A stretch of DNA of 64,000 nucleotides, from positions 151,652,001 through 151,716,000 of the forward strand of contig OX597815.1 in the NCBI GenBank assembly GCA_951406725.2. Direction: 5' to 3'. Below the pieces are notes generated by a model, which searched no databases, was not told the origin of the DNA, and was given only the letters and a program-made list of their open reading frames with translations. Position 1 is the stretch's first letter, and each line of letters opens with the position of its first letter. This document shows positions 53,758-64,000 of the stretch, piece by piece. This stretch comes from Octopus vulgaris (Eukaryota). The position numbers and the translations under genes are program-made.

Positions 53758-54226
53758 CGGGTATGATTGATTTGTAAACAACACTATGAAATGTCGGAAT
53801 CAGCAGTTGTGACGATAAAAATAGGTTGTTACAATTGCATGTTGTAAGATGAAAGATGTGTTTTCTCTTCATTGTTTAGTTGTAATTACCAAGAGAACAG
53901 AATTAGAGCTACTGAGAGTTGTAGGGTGTGGGAGTTGTCTCACAGTTGCTGACAGTAAACTTCATTTCTCTCACTGACCAAGGTTCTAGCTGGTCAGTCA
54001 GACTTCGTTCTCGCTGAGTTGTCACTGAAGTGACTAACCGGTTGAGTCGTCACCAGGTGACTGAACTCTCTTTTTGCTTCGGGTTTATGCTTTTATAACT
54101 ATCCAGAAGGATAGACATATCATCGAGAACAATAGATTTAAGTCGGCGGTCTTGTTATCTCTATTCTATCTTTTGGTGAAGTAGAAGAGGTTAGAAAGGG
54201 TCAAATCCTCTTCTAGCTACGCTACT
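53753..54226 (-). mobile_element. LTR-like dispersed repeat, copy 2 (internally deleted)
   Basis: tgtagcg...cgctac(t) near-inverted termini; homologous to 50776-51400. Confidence 0.55.
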
Positions 54227-55850
54227 GATTTCATACAACTTAAAGTTCTGAAACTAACCCAGATGTTCACTAAATGTACATATGCTGTTTCTTATTTTTA
54301 TGGTATTATTTCATTTATCAGAAGTTATAGATTTCTATGCACATTTATATCTACAATAATTCATAGTGTGCATGAAGAACAGCGGGAATTCACACAACGC
54401 AATAACATATCAATTTACTCTTAATACATTCTGGAAGATTCGGATGTGAGTAGCCTGTTCGCTGCTATATTTAATCTTCGGAAAGCATTCATCCTTTTGG
54501 ACAATGTATGTTCGTAAAATATAGCATGTCTTTTAATTATGAACAATGTCTAAAGTAATGATTTTCAACCATTTTTTCACCTATAGACCTCCTTGATCCC
54601 AATTCTACTCAGCTGGACCCCATAGCCTTTCGGTGATTAAAAATACCCTATTATATTTTTATAATTAAATATTAGGAATTATATTTAAAAAATAGTTTAA
54701 ACATTTTGTGTATTGTAGAAGTATAACCAATTTATTGCACGGAAAAACTTTAACAGCAAAATCTTAAACGAACCTCCATAAAACCCCTGAAAATCAATGG
54801 GCTGAAAGAAGAAGACGAAACATAACGGCGATTAGCATATTCGCGTTCGAATCTGCCAGAATATACCATTTGATGGTATAGAAGATGCACTCGTAATTCA
54901 GTAGCACATATTCAGTAAAAAAAAAGTTCTTTGTGGATTAAAGCTTAGGAAAAGCCCAACATCACGAATAGAACACGGTGTCATTTTCTTAAAGATTGTG
55001 TGTGTGGGTGGGGTGAGGGTGCATGTTTAATATTAAATGCTGGAATATGATATTTTTCCATTCATAGCCAGGGTCGGTTTAAGATCCACGGGTCCTTCAA
55101 AATGAAACAAAACTAATAAGGAAGATAGAAAATAATGTTTATTTTTGTACACTTCCACATGACTCTTCGAAATTATACTTCCAATCATTTAAACCACCTT
55201 AAATATTATTTTAGCAAATCTAAAGTGATTTCTTTTGTGCCGTAAACCATTTACCATTTCTATAGTGCCCCTTCTCTTGATAACCCAAGCACACGCTTAT
55301 TTTGCTTAATGGTTTACCAAGAGCAGTTCATAGTTCTAGCTTTGCTCCAAAGTCGCACCCCAGTTTTTCAACAGAAATCAAATATATAATAGTACGACTT
55401 ACTCTCGAGTAAATACGGTAAAAATGTGATCGGTACAACTTCTCTATTATTTGGGTTATTTTGGTTAAGCAAACTAAATCCATTATTGTATCTCACGTAG
55501 CAATAAAACTGAACGTTAAAATTATATTCGTTCAGCCGAGTTATTTCCGTACTTTCCAATTGTTTACATATTTGTTACGGAGAAAATATCGCGAAGAAAA
55601 AACAGAAAGAAATTGTCAGTCGCTCAGAATGGCACAAAATTCCTCCAACAAAAGACAAAATATTGTGAAGAATCTAATACTGAGTTGAGAAACATGCAAT
55701 TTGTATTTCATCTCATCCTTTGGCATTTAATCTAATTAATTTTTTAAAGAGCTAAATATAAATCTATTCACTAAAAAGGACACGGAGATATATTTTGATG
55801 CTTCATTTTCTAATGACATATAAATAGTTAAGTGTTAAAACATATAATCA

Positions 55851-56833
<983 letters not shown>

Positions 56834-56836
56834 TAT

Positions 56837-56871
<35 letters not shown>

Positions 56872-56887
56872 CGTATACGTGCATATG

Positions 56888-56932
<45 letters not shown>

Positions 56933-57217
56933 GTATATATGTGTATATATATATACGCGTGTATAAATGAGTCTATGCATGTATATATATACATACACGT
57001 GTATATATAACGTTACACATATACATGTATATACATGTATACATTCACTCACGTACAGATATACATATACTTAGACATATATTCATATATGTACATACAC
57101 GGACGTACATACACATTCAGTTTTACATACATACATGCATGCATACATACGTGCATGCATGCGTATATACACACATACACACGCACATATACATACATGC
57201 ATGCATACATACATACA

Positions 57218-57251
<34 letters not shown>

Positions 57252-57755
57252 CGTGCATGCATACATACACGCGTACATACATAATACACACATACATGAT
57301 CACACACACACATACATGCGTACATTGATGCATGCATTCATGCATGCATAAAAACGCGTAATCTGCACTTTGTAAATTGAAGGAGTTTCTTGCTATTAAC
57401 TTTGATTTATAATTAGATTGAATTCAATATCATGAAAATTCGATGTCTTTGTAACTTTTGTGTAAATTTTCAACTTCAAATTCTTGTTGATTTTTATTGG
57501 TTATTTACAGAAATTTATTTCGTGTTTCAATGAATTTAATTTAGAATATTATGTGATAAATTGAGTATTTAGTTGTTATTAGGTATCTTTGTGGTTTTCG
57601 TCACTCTTTACAGTTTTGTTCCAATTGTTTTCAAATTTGGTATATGGATTAAGTTTTGTATACTAATAATGAAAATGAAATTTATTTTCCCTATAAGTTC
57701 ATAATTACAAAGTTATTAGCGCAGGAGTGGCTGTGTGGTAAGTAGCTTGCTTACC

Positions 57756-59847
57756 CGTGCTTGCGTGTTGGTGTTTTGCTTCAGCACTTGAACAAGGAGG
57801 ACATGAGCTAATGCACTTCGTCCTAAAACTGAAAATTAAGAAGTCCGTTCGTGGTAGGTGATTTTGTTTATTTTGAGCTCGGCGTGATTTATCGTTTCGA
57901 AATTTTTTTCAGTAAATTTCGCACAGCTCTGGGACAATTTCGCCTGGGACAATTTCGGCGGCTATTGTGAATTTTGCTTGTTGAAAAAATGTTGGGGGGT
58001 ATATCCCCGCCCAAAAATTGACGTTTGTACCAGTCATTGAAAATTTTTTTGGCCTATTGTGGCGAAGATTCGTCTTCTGTGGATTTAAGATTCCAGCTCG
58101 GAGTACCAGCCGAAGACCAAGAGTACTTCTGGCCGGAATTGTGTAGTTGCCATATGGAACCATATTTTTTTTATTTCTTTCGTGTTTTTCTTTCTGTTTT
58201 TGAACTGTCCTTTTTGTTTTCTTTGTCTTATTTTTTACTGTCTATTTTTTCGTTCGGACTTTTTTTATTTCTATTTTTGTGGACATTTGAACTTTCTTCC
58301 TCGAGGCGATAAAGAATGGTGCCGCTGCTTTGGAGTGGGAGATTGTCCCACTCAAGCAGTGGTTAAAAGATATGGAGGAGAGGACAGTGGTAGTTAGAAC
58401 TTATTCTAAAGTTCTTGATACCATCACCGTCTTCCCAAAACCAGTTATAGAAAATGAACTGATAGACTTTTTGTCTTCTGTGAAATACATATCCCGCGGT
58501 GTCAAGCATGCAACTGAATGGTTGCTGTTTGACACCCTGGAGAAGGCTCGCAATTTCGCGAGTCAGCTCTTGGAGGGCAACGAAATTCTGTTTCTTCCGT
58601 CGTACTGCGGGAGGAAATTAATAAGAGCCTAGGTATGTGGGTTACCCCCGGGCACCGAGGCGGGTTGGATTGAAGATACCATTCGACGGGGACTGGGGGA
58701 TTGCGGGCCCAGGCTCTTAAATGTAAGGGTATTGGCGGCAGTCGATTGGGAAGGGTCAAAAGCGGTTTTGACCCTATAGATCCCATCGACCGCAACAGAT
58801 ATGGTTTTAGCAGATTTTTTTTAAATGGCTGGCTGCAGGTATCCGGTGATACTTGAGGGACGTCCCCCCAAGTGTCACTCGTGCCTGCTGCCAGGCCACA
58901 TTAAAAAGAACTGCCCCCAGGACCATGGTAAGGGTCTGGAACTGTCACTGGATGCCACTTCCCCTACCCGGTCAAAAGGAGATGTGGATGTGGTTGAGGG
59001 GGCTTCAGCCTCCTCAACCCAAAAGGATTTAAAAAGAAGAAGGTGGGTAACACCGAAGGACCCTAAGGCTTCGAGAGGTCGGGGAGAGACTCCGGACAAA
59101 GCGGAAGAGCTCCACTCTCCCGAAGTCAGGAAGAAAAGAAAGAAAAGAAAGAAGAAGAACGGGTCATTGCTGGTGGAAGATGGTGTGCCGTCTACATGTC
59201 CCGAAGTTGTGCAACTCACGGTGGAAGAAACGACCCCACCCTTAAAGATGATGAATTAATGATATTTTTCTACAAAGGTGGGGAGGTGAAAAAATAGTAG
59301 AAGAACGTAAAGAGACAGTAGATATGCCCTTCACACGGGATCCCGAATGGCCTCCGCAGATAGCTGTGGAGGTCATAAGGTTTCCCTTGTGGGAAAGGCT
59401 TAAAGGATTTGGGGATGAGTGTCGCATATGGCAGGGTGGCCCTTACACGACTTATATGTCCTACATGAGTGAGGCATGGGAAATGGCGGGATACAGGAAC
59501 TCAAGCGGCATTGAAGATAATGATGGATATATCGATGAGTAGGAGGTGAAAAAGCCTCGTTAGAGGGTTTGAAACCTCATCTTAATTGTATTATTTGTAG
59601 TGATTTATAACCTCAATTGTCTGTTTAAAAAAACATGTTAAGAAAAAATTTTTAGTGCCTCCTTCTTGTAAGAGGCTTGAAACCTCATATTGATTTCTAA
59701 AAAAAGAAAATATGTTTTCGAGAAAAATCCAATCGATGGGTGTTGGGTTTCGTCTCTCATTTATTCATTTTCATTCATTAATGTGTTTGTCCAGCCCGCA
59801 AAGCTACCCAATCTTTGTACTGTCTTCATGACAAATTTAATGAAATA
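57756..59847 (+). mobile_element. ORF1-only non-LTR retroelement, copy 2
   Basis: TSD aagtagcttgcttac (57740-57754) / aagtaccttgcttac (59848-59862); ends at aataaa; same layout as 9243-11311. Confidence 0.75.
58330..59542 (+). pseudogene. Gag/ORF1-like protein with CCHC zinc knuckle, decayed
   Basis: QWLKDMEERTVVVRTYS..., MAGCRYPVILEGRPPKCHSCLLPGHIKKNC, EELHSPEVRKKRKKRKKKNG and DPEWPPQI. Confidence 0.8.
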
Positions 59848-59972
59848 AAGTACCTTGCTTACCAATCACATGGTTCCAGGTTCAGTCCCACTGCAAGTGT
59901 CTTCTACTATAGCCTCGGGCTGACCAAAGCCTTGTGGGTCGGTTTGGTAGATGGAAGCTGAAAGAAGCCTGT

Positions 59973-60021
<49 letters not shown>

Positions 60022-60077
60022 GGTCATTGTGACCAGCAATGTGTAACAACATCTGATGGTCTGGTCGGTCACGTGAT

Positions 60078-60133
<56 letters not shown>

Positions 60134-61539
60134 ATGTTTGTGTGTATATGTTTGTGTGTCTGTGCTTGTCCCTCCAACATTGCCTGACAACCGATGTTGG
60201 TGTGTTTACGTCCCCGTAACTTTGCGGTTTGGCAAAAGAGACCGATAGAATAAGTACTAGGGTTAGAAAGAATAAGTCCTGGGGTCGATTTGCTCAACTA
60301 AAGACGGTGCTCCAGCATGGTCGCAGTCAAATGACTGAAACAAGTAAAAGAAAAAAAGCCTTTAAAATTTGCAAAATTTGGGTATTTTACCTACTCAGAA
60401 GCTAGTATTTTACACATCACCGTGACGAAGAACTCTGTTTCCTTTGTAACCAAAGCAAAGAAGCACTGTGTTGTATAGCAGATTGCGAAGAACTCTGTTT
60501 CCACAGTAACCAAAGATGCTGCACATGCGCACAAGGAGTGTAATCATCACTTGTTCTATAATTTTTCATAACGGAAGGAATTCGATTCTAGGATGATGAC
60601 CACAGCTTTAAACCTTTTCTATGTGGAGAAGGATATACGAGAAGGATAATTTATTTTATAAAACCCTAGAGTGTATTGCAAACTTTCGTTCTTGAATTTT
60701 TTAAACTAATAAATGCCTGTTTTTAAACAATGTTTAGACTGTTATTTTTAGCAACTCTTGTTGGTTTGTTCGTAGCTTTTAAATACTTAATTTGTTTGCG
60801 AATGTTTTAATGTTAACTTTGCTCGTTTTATGCATGCATGAAATCGACAATGGTGTACCTATGCAACAATCTCTTTGCTCGTTTTATGCATGCATAAAAA
60901 CACGTAATCTGCTACATGATAAATCCGGGAATTTTACGCACCAATATAAACCACTTTAAAAACCGAGGGAGTTCTTTGCTATTAACTTTGATTAATTCAA
61001 TGTTTTTTGTAATTTTGGGGTAAAGTTTTCATCAGTTTGAAAACAGACGTTCATAAAACAAATTTAAATCCTGTAGAATAAAATGAATTTTAATAAATTG
61101 ACTTTCATTCAATGAGTGTATACATTTTTAGGGCACTATATATATGTGTTCACAGTACACACACACACGCGCGCACACACATTTGTATGTGTGTATGTTT
61201 GTACTTAAACACTCCCTATTTAAACAGTGAATAACAAGCTCTAAAATAACAGTTTGAAAACTGCTTTTAAGCAAATCTGTGGTATTGAGCAGAATATTCT
61301 CTGTCGTCCCTTTTTTACAACATGATAGAACATGTATATGATAACAGTTTCAATCGGTTAAGATCAGAAGCCATGAGAACCACTGCCTGGTACTCTCATC
61401 ATTATTATTGTCATTATCATTACTAGTACTGTGTGTGTGTGTGTGTGTGTGGTTATACCTCCAACATCACTTGACAACCGATGCTGGTGTGTTTACGTCC
61501 TGTAATCTAGCGTTTCGGCAGAGTATTTTGATATTGACA

Positions 61540-62110
61540 TAGCCGTGTATTAATTGTTTTGGTAATGTTCTGTCCTTTTAATTTTGTTTCACACACCTTC
61601 CTAACTGTTTTCTGGCACTCTTTGGAAATTTTCTCTCACATTTCTCATTCCCCTATCCTATTGTCTTGCTGGCATCCCTATATACTTGTATCCTTCATTC
61701 TTTCGCAGCTACCTAATGAATTCTTGTGGTAATTTTATACATCAGAATTTATCTTTCAGCCCCCTTTCATAATTAGCACGGCGCACTTATTTACCTCAAA
61801 TTGCATTCCAATATCCCCACTGAATTCTCTTACTATTTGAATTAGAGAATCCAGGTCTTTTTTCACATTTTGTATATAGTTTGAGGTCATTCGTATATAG
61901 CAGATGATTATTTTCACCCTGGTTTTGGCAAACTCTTAAGCAAACCTGGATTTTTTTTTTCTGTTTGCTTGTCAGAAAGATTAACAAATTGACGAAAAGT
62001 AGTAGAGAGAGCCAGTCTCCTTGAAATATACCCTTGCATCTTGTCACGTTTCCTAACGATTTATTTGTGCATGTTAATTCTACCTCTCACACTCTCATTG
62101 CTTTTGCTAA
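61540..62110 (-). mobile_element. R4/Dong-type RT fragment, decayed
   Basis: KGIFQGDWLSLLLF and NHLLYTNDLKLY (decayed HLxYMDDLK), YKYIG. Confidence 0.75.
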
Positions 62111-62417
62111 CAGAAAAAAAAAAAAAGAGAAAAACTTATTTGTTTTGTCATTGAAATCGGGTGGCCTCAAGTTCTCCGAACCTTCTTGTAGTCAGTTGCT
62201 AAGTTCGTGTTTCTTAGTTTCTAAGTTCGTACCCCTTATATTCGTGCCTCATTTATATATTATTATTTTTATGATTAAATGAAGCGGTATTCAATTAAAA
62301 TAGCCACCCACGATTCATATTTTATGTATATACTGTTGACAGGCAAGTTATTACGGTTTTTGTGTGAGATAAAATTTCTTATGGAGGGGCTATATTAAAA
62401 AAAATTATATGTATATA

Positions 62418-63796
62418 CTAAACTACCCGTGACCCGTTGGGTCACCGGGAAGCTCTGAGATTCCCAGCGACGGAGTTTTGTTCCGTGTTTTTTTTTTTTC
62501 TTTTCCAGGTTATTTCGCATGCTTTCAACGAATGTGACGTGACATCAAAATCACGCGTAAACGTGAAAGGGAAAGATTCGGCTGCTATTTTTTGCATGCC
62601 TTGCTACCACATAACAATTATTTCGAGGCCTTTATCGCAAATAGCTGTTACATGATAGCAGGGCATGCTAGAAATAGCAGCCAAATTTTTAGAGGTGAGA
62701 TACGTTTAATGCACTCGAAAAAAATCCCATGGAAAAAATTATTTCACACCGAGGTTACGAACGGGTCTTTTACGAAATATTTACCATATTTTTAAAGTCA
62801 TTTTCACTTTAAAATGTTTAAAAAATATTCCCCACCCCCAAATTTTTATAATGGTATTCACTTGAAAATAATTTAATAAAACATTAAAATACTGTCTGTT
62901 TAATGAAAGCTAAAATATAAATACTTACTGTACAAACAACTTAGATTTTTGAAATCACTTTCACTTAAAAATATTTCCCTTCACGAGGGAGGGAAGAAGG
63001 GGGAGAAGCGAACAGGTGCAGGTGTGACCATGGACGCCAACTCCGCTGCCATCGACACACGAAAAATTATGCATTAAAATGGAATAAAAAATGATGTTAA
63101 ATTAGTTTTAAAATCGTAGACTCATCGTAGACGCGCGCTAATACTCAGACGGGCTCGATATGAATCACGACTAAAAGATATCCGAATTTGGTTAAACTGC
63201 ACCGCAAAATGTGGGAGTAGTTAGGAATCTAAATCGAAGGGGACAAACACTCACACAACTACAGTTTTATATATATAGACTAGCAGTATCGCCCGGCGTT
63301 GCTCGGGTTTGTAAGGGAAATAACTATATAAGCATTTTTAGAGAGTTATAGCAAAAAAATGCATTAAAAATGGAATAAAAAATGATGATAATTTTTTTTT
63401 AAATCGTTGACTCAGTGTCTTCAAGCCATGAAGTCGTTGTTCTAAAAGAACGCTGGTCTCCTTGACAACGTTTTACGACGTTGATTTCCTTATACTCCCT
63501 TCCCCACAGCTTCACGAGGGAGAAGCAAACAGGTGCAGATGTGAGCGTGGACGCCAACTCCGCCGCCATCGACACACGAAAAATTATGCATTAAAATGGA
63601 ATAAAAAATGATGTTAAATTATTTTTAAAATCGTAGACTCATCGTAGTCGCGCGCTAATACTCAGACGGGCTTGATATTAATCACGACTATAAGATACCC
63701 GAATTTGGTTAAACTGCACCGCAAAATGTGGGAGGAGTTAGGAATCTAAATCGAAGGGGACAGACACTCACACAACTACAGTTTTATATATATAGA
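62418..63796 (-). mobile_element. Head-to-tail tandem of two non-autonomous Helitrons
   Basis: Minus strand: TC start at 63796, hairpin+CTAG end at 63280, immediately followed by a second TC start at 63279; the second unit ends with a different hairpin and TTAG at 62418; ~280 bp duplicated (~63000-63279 vs ~63518-63796). Confidence 0.78.
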
Positions 63797-64000
63797 TATA
63801 TATATTTTAACGTTCTTTTGTGCTACGCCACTAAGTTACAAGGACGTAAACAAGCCAAAACCGTTAAGTAGTGTAGGTGACAGACACGTACACACACGCG
63901 CGCGCGACAGGCTTCTGGTTTTTAGGCAGTTTCCCATTAGATTAGTTCCCTTTTTGTTTATGACCCTTAACCCTTAAATGGTTGGTCGAAACCTCTTTTA

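Larger units (their letters stand above)
57719..60357 (+). mobile_element. SINE family A interrupted in its tRNA head by a ~2.09 kb insertion
   Basis: Head gcgcaggagtggctgtgtggtaagtagcttgcttacc (57719-57755); the SINE resumes at 59848 (aagtaccttgcttaccaatcacatgg). Confidence 0.9.

Noticed and set aside
50776-54226. Two LTR-like copies as the ends of one full LTR retrotransposon
   Set aside because: The interval holds CR1 and SINE fragments rather than gag/pol, and the copies differ in structure and termini.

Overview
AT-rich, microsatellite-saturated animal genomic DNA. The SINE families and repeat style point to an octopus/cephalopod genome (inference). No confident host exon was found. The window is a patchwork of decayed mobile elements: Penelope-like retroelements (RT + GIY-YIG) and their hammerhead-bearing pseudo-LTR derivatives, including two ~2.4 kb fold-back palindromes; several tRNA-derived SINE families; CR1-, RTE- and R4/Dong-type LINE ends; mariner, hAT and MITE relics; Helitrons; and LTR-like repeats. 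Two signals stand out. (1) A family of repeats carries hammerhead ribozyme modules in a non-circularly permuted, pseudoknotted order (NUH strand, then GAAA strand, then CUGANGA strand), supported by covarying helices in three divergent copies (799, 23177, 32223). (2) Two divergent ~2.1 kb ORF1-only (RRM-like + CCHC zinc knuckle) retroelements are inserted at the same palindromic site in the tRNA head of the same SINE family, each with a ~15 bp target duplication, suggesting a SINE-targeting, HAL1-like non-autonomous retrotransposon. All alignments and folds were done by eye.
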